Of a DNA stretch of 64,000 bases, positions 32,291-42,633 are shown piece after piece. Source of the stretch: an uncultured Iamiaceae bacterium (lineage in GTDB: Bacteria > Actinomycetota > Acidimicrobiia > Acidimicrobiales > Iamiaceae); assembly GCA_963728655.1 (NCBI GenBank), contig CAVSLD010000004.1, positions 113,343-177,342 of the forward strand. Direction: 5' to 3'. The notes below the pieces were generated by a model. The model worked only from the letters and a program-made list of their open reading frames with translations, had not been told where the DNA came from and did no database searches. The translations under genes and the position numbers were made by a program. How positions within the stretch are numbered: position 1 is the first letter of the stretch; each line of letters begins with the position of its first letter.

Positions 32291-33244
32291 GTGATCGCCA
32301 TGGTGACCGGAGCCGCAGGCTTCATCGGATCGACCCTCAGCCGGCGCCTGCTGGCCGACGGCCACGCCGTGATCGGTGTGGACTGCCTCACCGAGGCCTA
32401 CGACGTCGACCTCAAGGCCCGCAACCTCGAGGGCCTGGTCGACCACCCCGACTTCCACCTCGTGTGCTCCGACCTCTCCCGGTCCTCCCCCGGACCCGCC
32501 CTCCACGACGTCGAGGTCGTCTACCACCTCGCCGGCCAGGCGTCGGTGACCCGGTCCTGGGGCTCGCACTTCGCCGACTACACCCGCAACAACATCGCCG
32601 CCACCCAGGACCTCCTCGGGGCGTGCGTGCGGGCCGAGCTCCCCCGCTTCGTGTTCGCCTCCAGCTCCTCGGTCTACGGCGACGCCCTCACCCGGCCCAC
32701 GACCGAGCGGGCCCTCCCCCGGCCCATCTCCCCCTACGGCGTCTCCAAGCTGGCTGCCGAGCACCTCTGCCTCGCCTTCCACCGGGAGCTGGGCCTGCCG
32801 GTCACCTGCCTGCGGTACTTCACCGTCTACGGGCCACGGCAGCGGCCCGACATGGGGATGCACAAGCTCTTCCGGGCCGCCCTCGAGGGCGGGACCTTCG
32901 AGGTGCGCGGCGACGGCTCCTCGACCCGCGACTTCACCTACGTCGACGACGCCGTCGAGGCCACCTACCGGGCCGGGCTCGCCGGGTGGGACGGCGTGAT
33001 GAACATCGGCGGCGGTCACCCCGTCGCCCTGCACGAGGTCATCGACCGGGTCGACCGGCTGGCCGGGCCCCTGCACGTGGAGCACGGCCCCGAGGTGGCC
33101 GGCGACGCGCGCGACACGGCGGCCGACATCGAGCTGGCCGGTCGCATCCTCGGCTACCAGCCGCAGACGTCGCTGCAGGAGGGCCTGGAGGCGATGGCGG
33201 TCTGGGCCGAGGGCATCTACGGCCGCGAGATGAGCACGCCGTGA
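32291..33244 (+). CDS. NAD-dependent nucleotide-sugar epimerase (UDP-glucuronate 4-epimerase-like)
   Basis: GGAGG RBS; TGAAGFIG, ASSSSVYG, YGVSK, YFTVYGPRQRPDM. Confidence 0.9.
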   Translation: MIAMVTGAAGFIGSTLSRRLLADGHAVIGVDCLTEAYDVDLKARNLEGLVDHPDFHLVCSDLSRSSPGPALHDVEVVYHLAGQASVTRSWGSHFADYTRNNIAATQDLLGACVRAELPRFVFASSSSVYGDALTRPTTERALPRPISPYGVSKLAAEHLCLAFHRELGLPVTCLRYFTVYGPRQRPDMGMHKLFRAALEGGTFEVRGDGSSTRDFTYVDDAVEATYRAGLAGWDGVMNIGGGHPVALHEVIDRVDRLAGPLHVEHGPEVAGDARDTAADIELAGRILGYQPQTSLQEGLEAMAVWAEGIYGREMSTP

Positions 33245-33912
33245 GGGCACGGGAGCTGGGCCGGCCCACCCGCCGGGCGTGGCGGCGCGGGCGCGCCGCG
33301 GCCGGCGCCGTGCTGTCGCCCGCCGCAGGCATGCGCCCCGGCGCCGTGGTCGGCTGCAGCATCTCCCTCCTGGTCGCGGGCGTGCTGCTGGCCCGCGGCT
33401 TCATCGGTGTCCTCCCCGGGCGCCCCGTCTACCTCCTGCTGGGCGGCCTCCTCGCCGGCACCGCCCTGCTCAGCCTGGTGATCGACCACGTCGCGGTGCG
33501 TGTCCGGCCCGAGCACCCCGACCACCTGCTGGTCGCGGAGCTGGACCGGAGCCGGCGCTACCAGCACCCGCTCGCCCTGGTGACGGTGCGCAGCGACGAG
33601 GTCACGGCCCTGCAGGTCGTCTCCCGCCTGCGCAGCACCGACCGGGCCTGGCGGGCGGGCTCGACCCTCGTGGTGCTGCTGAGCGAGACGGACCGCCGCC
33701 AGGCGGAGCTGTTCGCGGCCCGCGTCGACGACGTGGTGGACGCCCCCGACATCCACGTGGCCGCCTTCCCCGAGGACGCGGTCACCGCCGACGGGCTCTT
33801 CGCCGTGCTCCGCGGCGCCGATGACCCCTCCCACTCCCCCGAGGCCGCCGCCCCGTCCGCGGCCGACGCCGCCGCCTCGAGCGAGCCCCCACCCCTGGCC
33901 CTCGGAGGCTGA
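33241..33912 (+). CDS. Two-TM protein with degenerate GGDEF-like domain retaining an RxxD I-site
   Basis: ELDRSRRYQHPLALV...LRSTDRAWRAGSTLVVLLSETD...AAFPEDA matches GGDEF architecture without the GGDEF motif. Confidence 0.7.
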   Translation: MRARELGRPTRRAWRRGRAAAGAVLSPAAGMRPGAVVGCSISLLVAGVLLARGFIGVLPGRPVYLLLGGLLAGTALLSLVIDHVAVRVRPEHPDHLLVAELDRSRRYQHPLALVTVRSDEVTALQVVSRLRSTDRAWRAGSTLVVLLSETDRRQAELFAARVDDVVDAPDIHVAAFPEDAVTADGLFAVLRGADDPSHSPEAAAPSAADAAASSEPPPLALGG

Positions 33913-33913
33913 C

Positions 33914-34519
33914 GTGCGCCGCCGCCGCCGCCGGGCCTGCAAGCGCCTCCTCGACATCGGCGTCTGCCTGGCCCTCCTGCCCCTCGTGCTCCCGGTCCTG
34001 GGCGTGATCTCCCTCGCCATCGCCCTGGACTCGCCCGGACCCCTCCTGTTCGTCCAGCAGCGCACCGGCAAGGGGGGCCGGCGGTTCCCGATGCTCAAGT
34101 TCCGGACCATGGTGCGCGACGCCGAGGAGCTGAAGGCCTCCCTCGCCCACCTGAGCATCGTCCCGCCCCCGGACTTCAAGGTGATCGACGACCCCCGGAT
34201 CACACGGGTGGGTCGCTTCCTCCGGGCCACGAGCCTCGACGAGCTGCCCCAGCTGTTCAACGTGCTCGCCGGGCACATGTCCCTGGTCGGGCCCCGTCCC
34301 ACCTCCTTCGCGCCGTCGACCTACCGGCTCTGGCACACCCGGCGCCTCGAGGTCCGTCCCGGGGTGACCGGGCTGTGGCAGGTGCGGGGCCGCAACCTGG
34401 CCGACTTCGACCAGCGCCTGCGCATGGACCTGGCCTACATCGACCACTGCTGCCTGCCGCTCGACCTCTGGATCCTCGCCGCCACCGTCCGGTCGGTGCT
34501 CCAGCGGCAGGGCGAGTGA
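33914..34519 (+). CDS. Priming undecaprenyl-phosphate sugar transferase (small monotopic PGT)
   Basis: KRLLD, KFRTM, DPRITRVGRFLRATSLDELPQLFNV, MSLVGPRP; GGAGG 5 nt before GTG 33914. Confidence 0.93.
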   Translation: MRRRRRRACKRLLDIGVCLALLPLVLPVLGVISLAIALDSPGPLLFVQQRTGKGGRRFPMLKFRTMVRDAEELKASLAHLSIVPPPDFKVIDDPRITRVGRFLRATSLDELPQLFNVLAGHMSLVGPRPTSFAPSTYRLWHTRRLEVRPGVTGLWQVRGRNLADFDQRLRMDLAYIDHCCLPLDLWILAATVRSVLQRQGE

Positions 34520-34532
34520 TCCGCAGGCCCCG

Positions 34533-36498
34533 GTGAGGGATCCGGCCCGCGCCCGGCGGGCACGGGTCGTGGCCCTGGCGGCGGTCATGGTGCTGCTGAC
34601 CCTGGCCGCGGGTCGGCGGGTGGGCGACGCCCTGGACCCGGTCCGGCTGACCGAGGCGGCCGCCCCCGTGGCCCCGCCCGCCGCGGCCACCGAGCTGAGC
34701 GACGGGGGCCACCGCGTCACCGCTCGTGCTCGGGCCCGACCGGCCCGACGAGGCCACGCTCCCGGTCGCCGCGACCGGGACGGCCCGCACCTGGTACGCC
34801 GAGGGGCGCTGGTGGGCCGTGCTCCCCGTGCCCGGGTCGGGCGTCCACCACATCTGGACCCTCGACGGCGACACCGGGCCGTGGGTGGACACGGGCACGC
34901 TCGTCGACGACCGGCCCTTCGCCCAGATCGACGTGGTCTGGACGGGCCAGGAGCTCGTCGTGGTGGCCACCGGCACGCGGCGACTACCGCAGCCACGGGC
35001 TCCGCGTCGACCGGCTCCGCTGGGACGCGGGGACGGGGCGGTGGGTGGGCCTGCCCGACCACCCGATCGCCGTCACCGAGGTCGGCGCGCCGGGGACCCA
35101 GGTCGCCGTCACCCCCAGCGGGGAGGTCTGGCTGGCCCGGCCCTCCGGGCGGGGCATCGTCGTGGACCACACCCTCGGCACCAGCCCCCGGGTCGGCGGG
35201 TGGGAGCCCGTCCCGGTGCCGGGCGCCGTCGACGACGTGGGCGGCTTCGCCCTGTCCGCCGACGAGGCGGGCGTGCACCTGGTGTGGCGATCGGCGACGA
35301 CCGACGTCCTGGGCGAGGCCACCCTGGCCGACGGGGCGTGGGTCGACCAGGAGGTGCCCGTCGCCGGCGTCGGGGGGAGGGGCCGGTCGCCCTGGCGCCG
35401 GCCCCCGGTCGCCCGGGAGGGCGGCTGGCCCTCGTGCCCCTGGTGGGCACCGACGCCGCCACCAACGACCAGGACCCGGCCCTGCTGCTGGTGCCGCTCG
35501 GCCCCGACGCCCCCGATCGCCCGTCGGTGGTGGCCCGCGTCGCGGACCAGCTGCGCTGGCCGGCCCTGCTGGTCGACGACACCACCGTGCGCGTCGTGGC
35601 GGTGGCCCCCTCGTCACCTGCGGAGGCGGAGAGGACCGTGGCGCGCGGCGGGCGGCCCACCACCACGATCGTGGAGAAGGCGGCGTCGGGCGCCGACCTC
35701 GCCTTCGACCCCGGCCGGGGCCGGACGCTGGTGACGGGCATCGACGGCAACGACCCCTCCCGGCCGCTGGTGCCCGGGGGGCCGGTCCCCCGCGAGGCCG
35801 GGCGCCTGCTCGTCGCCTCCGGCCGAGGGGCCACGAGGTGGGCGACCTGGACCGACGGGGCACCCGTGCCCACCCTGCCCGCCCCGACCCCGACGGGGCG
35901 GGCCCCGACCGTCCTCGTCGACGACACCTTCGAGTCGCTCCCGGCCGGGGGCGCGGCGCCGGCCGCCTGGTACGCCGACGGCGACGCCCGCCCGCCCGGC
36001 GTCCTGGCCCAGGACCCGGCCCTCACCAGCCGGGTGCTCCGCCTCGGGGCCGACCCCGGGGCGGACCCGGACCCGGTCACCGCCTGTCGGTCGGTGCCGG
36101 TCGTGGGAGGCGACAGCGTCACCATCGAGGCCGTGGTCCGGGTGATCGGGCGGGGCGACGCCGACGCCCGCCTCCTCACGGTGCGGGGGTCGACCGGCAC
36201 CCTGGCCTCGGTCCGGCGGTCGCGCCAGGGCCTCGTCGGGTGGTCGACGGCCGAGGGGCGCATCACCCCGGCGGTGGTGCCCGACGACGTGCTGCTGCGC
36301 ATCACCGTCGGGATCGACGTCCGGCTCCGGACCGCCGACATCATCATCGCGACCGTCGACGGCGGCGAGGTGGCGCGGGTGGCGGGCCTGCCCTGGGTCG
36401 CACAGGGGCCGACGGAGGTGGACGAGGTGTGCCTGCGCCCCGCCCCCGGTGTCGACACCGAGATGCGCCTCGACTCCCTGCTGGTGTCGATCCGGTGA
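34533..36498 (+). CDS. Exported protein with divergent copy of the shared head domain + C-terminal beta-rich domain (about 3 frameshifts)
   Basis: N-terminal hydrophobic helix; TWYAEGRWWAVL...WVDTGTLVDDRPFAQIDVVWTG aligns by eye with the three paralogues; frame changes near 34720, 34985 and 35390. Confidence 0.65.
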
Positions 36499-36606
36499 GG
36501 GTCGGGCTCCTCGGACCACACCACGGAGGGTGAGCGAGCCGGTTCGCTGGGAACCCGCGACGGGCCCTGGAGGCCCCGAGACGGGAAGAGGACCCCGGTC
36601 CGCGCC

Positions 36607-36622
36607 TACCGCGATCGCGGTA
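36607..36622. promoter_or_regulatory. Perfect 16-bp palindrome TACCGCGATCGCGGTA, overlapping a TATCCT -10-like hexamer
   Basis: Read directly; intergenic, upstream of the histidine kinase gene. Confidence 0.5.
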
Positions 36623-36688
36623 TCCTCCGGCCGGGCGGTCACCGGGACTGCGCCGCCGCCGATGGGCCCCCGGGGGTGGAGGCGACCC

Positions 36689-37294
36689 ATGAGCACCGAC
36701 GCACACGAGGAGACCGACGCCACGAGCCGGCGCGTCGCGCACGACCTGCTGCAGTCGATCGTGATCATCCAGTCCCTCACCGGGGCCGAGCGGGCCACCG
36801 CCGCCCCGGGCAGCCCCCTGGACGAGCGCCTGGTGCTCATCCAGAAGGAGGCCCAGACCATGGCCCAGCTGTGCGAGCGCCAGCTCGGGCGCCACCCGCA
36901 GATCGGGTGGCTGGACCTGGCCGAGGTGGCGGCGCGCACGGTGGAGCGGGCCCGCTGCACCTACCGGGGCCGGGTCGACCTGGAGGCCACGCCGGCCCCC
37001 ATCGAGGGCGACGCCCTCGAGTGGGAGCGATGCCTGTTCAACCTGGCCGCCAACGCGTGCCAGGCGGCCGGCGAGGAGGGGCAGGTGGAGGTGCAGGTCT
37101 GGTCGACCGCGGACGACCACCGGGTCCGCGTGGGCGACTCCGGCCCCGGGTTCGGGCGCACCGTCACCGGGCGGGCGTCGCTCGGCATGGTGACGGTCTC
37201 CCACGTCGTCGACCGCCACGGTGGACACCTCGAGGTCGGTCAGAGCCCCCTGGGCGGCGCCGAGCTCACCGTCGTCATCCCCGTCGTGGGCTGA
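36689..37294 (+). CDS. Minimal cytoplasmic histidine kinase (no sensor domain)
   Basis: VAHDLLQ H-box, NLAANA, DSGPG, SLGM, RHGG. Confidence 0.82.
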   Translation: MSTDAHEETDATSRRVAHDLLQSIVIIQSLTGAERATAAPGSPLDERLVLIQKEAQTMAQLCERQLGRHPQIGWLDLAEVAARTVERARCTYRGRVDLEATPAPIEGDALEWERCLFNLAANACQAAGEEGQVEVQVWSTADDHRVRVGDSGPGFGRTVTGRASLGMVTVSHVVDRHGGHLEVGQSPLGGAELTVVIPVVG

Positions 37295-37962
37295 TCCCCA
37301 GGTCCGGGGCCGTCGGGCCGCATCCCGGCCCGCAGGGCCAGGCTGACCGCCTCCAGGCTGGCGTGCACGCCCAGCTTGGCCAGGATGGCCTTGACGTGGG
37401 TGCGCACCGTGTTGAGCGAGATGTAGAGGGTGGAGGCGATCTCCCGGCGACTGAGCCCCCGCACCATCAGCTGCAGCACCTCGCGCTCGCGGGCGGAGAG
37501 GCTGTCGATCAGCGCCTCCCAGTCGTTGGGCGGCGCCGGCTCGAGCAGCAGCTTGACGACGGGCCCGAGCAGGGTCGGCGGCAGCCACATCTGTCCCCCG
37601 GCGACGGCGTCGAGCGCCTCGACCAGCTCCTCCGACGGCGCCGACTTGGGCACGAAGCCCGCCGCCCCGGCGCGGATCGAGGACGCCGCCGCCTCGGCCG
37701 TGCCCGAGGCGGTGAGGACGACGACGGGACGGCTGGGATGGGCCCGCACGAGGTGGGCGAGCAGGTCGAGGCCGTCGTCGTCGCCCAGGTCCAGGTCGAC
37801 GGTGAGCAGCGAGGGCCGCTCCCTCTCGCAGGTGGCCAGCGCGTCGGCGGCGGTGTGGGCCACGTGGACCGGGTCGAACCCGGAGGCGGCCAGCATCGAG
37901 GCCAGCGCCCGGGCCACGCCTTCGTGGTCATCGACGATGAGGAGGGAACGGCCCACGGGCAC
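37240..37962 (-). CDS. NarL/LuxR-family response regulator
   Basis: IVDDH, VDLDL, FVPK, LSAREREVL...SLNTVRTHV. Confidence 0.92.
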   Translation of the reverse strand: MPVGRSLLIVDDHEGVARALASMLAASGFDPVHVAHTAADALATCERERPSLLTVDLDLGDDDGLDLLAHLVRAHPSRPVVVLTASGTAEAAASSIRAGAAGFVPKSAPSEELVEALDAVAGGQMWLPPTLLGPVVKLLLEPAPPNDWEALIDSLSAREREVLQLMVRGLSRREIASTLYISLNTVRTHVKAILAKLGVHASLEAVSLALRAGMRPDGPGPGDQPTTGMTTVSSAPPRGL

Positions 37963-38131
37963 GACCTTGGCACGCTGCGAGTCGGTGTCGGCCTGCTGAG
38001 GGGGTGAGCGCTCCTACCGCGACTCGCGGACTGAGGTGAACTGGGGCTAGCGCGCAGGCGACATTGCTGTGACACTACCTGTCGCCGCTACGCTCCGTAG
38101 CGGAGGGGGCCGGGGAGCAGGGACACACGCC

Positions 38132-38734
38132 ATGGACATCGTTCTGTGCGACGACCACGAGATCGTGCTGGCATCGATCGCCGATCTGCTGGAGGCCCAC
38201 GGGCACCACGTGGCGGGGAGGGCGACGCACCCGGCGCAGCTGTCGGAGCTCGTCGACCGCTTCTCGCCCGACGTGTGCGTCCTCGACCTCCTCTACGAGG
38301 GCGAGATCGCCCCCGAGGACGCCCTGCCCGCGATCACCGACGCGGCCGCGGCCACCGACGTCATCGTGCTCACCGGCGTGTCGGACCCCGACGACCTCGA
38401 GGCGGCCCGTCGGGCCGGGGCCGCCGCCGTGGGCTCCAAGGCCCTCCCGTGGACCGAGATCCTGGCCCTCATCGAGGGGCGCTCGGCGGTGGGCGAGCCG
38501 GCCCGGAGCGCCGACGCCGCGGCCCACCCTTTCTTCCTGACGGACCGCGAGGTCGAGGTCCTGCAGTGCCTGGGCGACGGCGCCTGCACCGCGCAGATCG
38601 CCGAGCTCCTCGACGTGCGCCAGGCCACCGCCCGCTCCCACGTCCAGAGCGTCCTCCACAAGCTCGGCGTCCACAGCCGCCTCGCCGCCGTCGCCGTCGG
38701 CATCCGCTACGGCCTGGTGGAGGTGGCTGCGTGA
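38132..38734 (+). CDS. NarL/LuxR-family response regulator
   Basis: LCDDH, VLDL, LTDREVEVL...TARSHVQSVLHKLGV. Confidence 0.92.
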   Translation: MDIVLCDDHEIVLASIADLLEAHGHHVAGRATHPAQLSELVDRFSPDVCVLDLLYEGEIAPEDALPAITDAAAATDVIVLTGVSDPDDLEAARRAGAAAVGSKALPWTEILALIEGRSAVGEPARSADAAAHPFFLTDREVEVLQCLGDGACTAQIAELLDVRQATARSHVQSVLHKLGVHSRLAAVAVGIRYGLVEVAA

Positions 38735-38840
38735 GGCCACGACGCCGGGACGCCCCACGCGGGGCACAGATCTGAACCGGGCCCCACGCAGGGCACCGGA
38801 CACGCCATCGACCACAGGGGGGAGATGAGGTGAACAGGAC

Positions 38841-39173
38841 ATGCGGGCAGCATCACGACCCACACCCCGGACGGGGCCGAGCGCGCGGCACGGCGTGCTC
38901 CAGGCCCTGGGCCGATCCCCGGGACCGATCACGCCACTGGAGGTGGGCCGGGCCGCCGGGTTGAGCTCCCTCGTCGTGGTCCCGACCCTCGCCGCCCTGC
39001 TCGAGGAGGCCGTCGTGACGCGTGAGCAGGTCACGACCGCCTCGCACGGGCCGACCTGGACCTACCAGCTCACCGCCCGGGGCCGGCGCGAGCACCTCCG
39101 CCGCACCCCGCCCGGCGGGCCGCGGCCCGACCCGGGCGCCGTGGCCCCCCTGGTCCGCACCCGGGCCAGCTGA
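38841..39173 (+). CDS. Small winged-helix (MarR-like) protein
   Basis: VLQAL...TPLEVGRAAGLS...YQLTARG wing motif. Confidence 0.55.
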   Translation: MRAASRPTPRTGPSARHGVLQALGRSPGPITPLEVGRAAGLSSLVVVPTLAALLEEAVVTREQVTTASHGPTWTYQLTARGRREHLRRTPPGGPRPDPGAVAPLVRTRAS

Positions 39174-39178
39174 GAGGG

Positions 39179-39203
39179 GTCTCCCGGGCCCGGCCCGGGA
39201 GAC
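39179..39203 (+). terminator. GC-rich hairpin, putative intrinsic terminator
   Basis: GTCTCCCGGGCC-C-GGCCCGGGAGAC directly after the stop at 39173; no U-tract. Confidence 0.5.
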
Positions 39204-39275
39204 GGGGGGTCGGGCCGCAGGGCCCGGTCCCGCGCCTACCGTGGCGGCGATGCGGCCACGTCCGGGGCACGACCG

Positions 39276-41630
39276 GTGACGGCCGTGGCCCGCCGCGCCG
39301 GCGACGGGGCCGGCGGGCTCACCGGCGCCGAGGTGGCGGGCCGCGTCGCCGCCGGCGCGGTCAACCGGGCGGGGCGTGGCCCCGAGCGCACGTTCGGCCA
39401 CATCGTCGCGGCCAACGTCTTGACGCCGGTCAACGGCATCATGCTCACCCTCTTCGGGCTCATCCTCGTCTCCGGGCACCCGGGTGACGGGCTGTTCGTC
39501 GGCGTGGTGGTGAGCAACAGCCTGGTCGGCATCGTCCAGGAGACCAGGGCCCGGCGGGAGCTGGCCCGCCTCGAGGTCCTCAACGAGCCCGCCGCCACCG
39601 TCGTGCGCGACGGCGCGGAGGCGCCGGTGCGGGTCGACGCCGTGGTGCTCGACGACGTGGTGGCGGTCGAGGTCGGCCACCAGGTCGTGGTGGACGGGCG
39701 GGTCGTCGCGGCCCGGAGCCTGGAGGTCGACGAGTCGCTGCTCACCGGGGAGAGCGACCCCGTGGTGAAGCGGGTGGGCGACGAGGTCCGCTCCGGCAGC
39801 TTCGTGGTGGCCGGCGGGGGCCGCTACCGCGCCGTCGGCATCGGCGGCGACAGCTACGCCGCCCGGCTGGCCTCCGAGGCCCGCCGCTTCTCCATGGCCA
39901 CCTCCGAGCTGCGCCAGGGGGTCGACCGCGTCCTGCACTGGATGACGGCGGTGATCCCCGTGGCCTCGGCCGTCCTGCTCTGGTCGCTGCTGAGCCAGCG
40001 ACGACGGCTGGCAGGAGGCCTTGCGGGGCACGGTCGCGGCGGCGGTGGCCATGGTCCCCGACGGCCTGGTGCTGCTCACCAGCATCGCCTTCGTCGCCGG
40101 GGTGCTCGACCTGGCCCGCCGCAACGCGCTGGCCAAGCAGCTGACCACGGTGGAGGTCCTGGCCCGGGTCGACGTCCTGTGCCTGGACAAGACGGGCACG
40201 ATCACCACCGGGACCATGGCCCTGGGCGCGGTGGAGCCGCTCGGGACCGGGTCCGAGGAGGCGGTGCGCACCACGCTCGCGGCCCTGGTGGCCGCCGACC
40301 CCGCCCCGAACTCGACCATGGCGGCGCTGGGCCGCGCGGCCGGGGCCGACCCGGGGTGGGAGGTCGACGGGGTCGAGCCCTTCTCCAGCGCCCGGAGGTG
40401 GTCGGCTGCGACCTTCGGCCCGGACACCTTCGTGCTCGGTGCCCCCGACGTGGTGCTCGACGCCCGTGACCCGGCCCTCGCCCGGGCGCGGGTCGCGGGC
40501 CGGCACCGGCCGCCGGGTCCTGGTCCTCGCCCGCGCCCCCACGGCGGTGGTCGACGGGACCCTTCCGCCCGACCTGGAGGCACGGGCCCTGCTCGTGCTG
40601 GAGGACGTGGTCCGGCCCGACGCCCCCGAGACCCTCCGCTACTTCCACGGCCAGGGCGTCGACGCTCAAGGTCATCTCCGGCGACGACCCCCGGACGGTC
40701 GCCGCCATCGCCACCCGCGCCGGCGTGCCGGGCGCCGAGTCCGCCTGCGACGCCCGCACCCTCGGGGACGACCCCGACGCCCTCGCCCGGGCCCTCGAGG
40801 ACCACGTCGTCATCGGTCGGGTCGGCCCCCACCAGAAGCAGGCCATGGTGGCGGCCCTCCAGGCACGGGGCCACGTGGTGGCCATGACCGGAGACGGGGT
40901 CAACGACGTCCTGGCGCTCAAGGACGCCGACATCGGCGTGGCGATGGGGTCGGGCAGCGCCGCCAGTCGGGCGGTGGCCGACCTCGTCCTCACCGACAGT
41001 GCCTTCTCCACCCTCCCCGTGGTGGTCGACGAGGGCCGCAAGGTCATCAACAACGTGGAGCGGGTGGCCAACCTCTTCCTCACCAAGTCGGTCTACGCCC
41101 TGCTCCTCACCCTGGTCGTGGCCGTCGCCCGGGCGCCGTTCCCGTTCCTCCCCCGCCAGCTCACGCTGATCGGCACCTTCAGCATCGGGATCCCCGGGGT
41201 GTTCCTGGCCCTGGCCCCGGAGGTGACGCGGGTCCGCCCCGGGTTCCTGGGCCGGGTCCTGCGGTTCTCGGTGCCCGCCGGCCTCGTCGCCGGGACCGCC
41301 ACCCTGGCGGTGTTCGGGGTGGCGTACCGGAGCGGCTCGGTGTCGCTGCCGGAGTCGCGCACGGCGGCCACCATGACCCTGCTGGGCATCGGGCTGGTCG
41401 TGCTCCTGGTCGCCAGCCGCCCGCTGCACCCGTGGAAGGTGGCCCTGGTCGCGGCGATGGCGGTCCTCTACGGCCTCATCTTCGGCGTCGGGCCGCTGCG
41501 CGACTACTTCCAGCCTCGACCTGTTCGCGGCCTGGGTGTGGCCGGTCGTGGTGGTCGCCGTCGCCGGCGCCGGGCTGCTGGTCGCCGCCCTCCCCCGGTG
41601 GGTCCCCGGCCTCCCCGGCTGGCGCGGTGA
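39276..41630 (+). CDS. Cation-translocating P-type ATPase, CtpE-like (about 4 frameshifts)
   Basis: LTGES, VPDGL, DKTGT, GDGVND across frames; shifts near 39995, 40500, 40660 and 41515. Confidence 0.88.
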
Positions 41631-41654
41631 CGAGCCCCCCGACCCCGATGCCCG

Positions 41655-42555
41655 TCAGGCCAGCCGATCGGCCGGGTAGCCGGCGTAGGACTCCTTGAAC
41701 ACGCCGGAGTGGAGCAGCACCGTCGCCACGTCGACGCCGCGGCCGGTGTCGGTCACCGTGGTCCGCACCCAGTAGGACTCGGTGCGGCGGCTCTGGCCCA
41801 GGCCCACGACCTCGCGGGTCGAGGGCGTACTCCTGGCCCACGAACAGCGGCCCGGCGAGGAGCCGCACCTCGAGGTCGAGGAAGAGCCCGAGGGCCGGGC
41901 CCCGCACCGGGAGCTCCACCCCCGTCTTCTGGGTGAGCACGCTCGCCATCTCCATGGGGAGCACGGGGCGGCCCCATGGTGTGTCGGCCGATCGGTACCA
42001 GGGGCTGGGCTCGGTGATGGCCTCCAGCTTGCGGGCCAGCGAGAAGGGGTAGAGCGGGCCGTTGCCGTCGTCCGCGGTGATCGTGGCCGGCGGGGACTCG
42101 AGGCGCTGGCCCACCTCCAGGCGGTCGACCACGAACAGCTCGCCCGGGTCGCCCGAGGCGGCCAGGCGGGAGTCGAGCTCGCTCTCGGCGTCGGGGTCCA
42201 CCGAGGCGGTGCCGGTCAGGACCTCCGCGCCGTCGGCCTTGGTGGCGCCGATGCGGGCCACCGGGCCCCCGTCGGTGGCCAGCGTCGCGGTGACCTCCTC
42301 GCCCTCGACGACCATGGTGCGGAAGTGGGCGCTGACGCAGCCCGTCTCGAACCAGCGCGGGCCCCAGAGGGCGGAGGCCAGCGGATCCACCTGCGACAGG
42401 TGCGTCGGCCCCTCGATGGGCGCGCCGGCCAGCCCCAGCGTCCCCGCGGTGGCCTCGTCGTGGACGCTGGCGTGGCCGTCGTAGCTCTGGTCGTCGAGCA
42501 GCTGGCGGGGCCGGCGCGGCGGGCCGGTCAGGGTGAGGGGGGTGGTGAACGACAT
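41655..42555 (-). CDS. Double hot-dog-fold (MaoC-like) hypothetical protein (frameshift near 41820)
   Basis: SVHDEATA...PIEGPTH...SAHFRTMV; alternative frame REVVGLGQSRRTESYWV ends at TGA 41655. Confidence 0.6.
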
Positions 42556-42633
42556 GGCCTCGCCTCCGAGGGTCGGGTCGGGCCAGCCTGGCGCGCCGGG
42601 CCGGCGGCCGCCGACCGGCCCGCGGCCGGCCCC

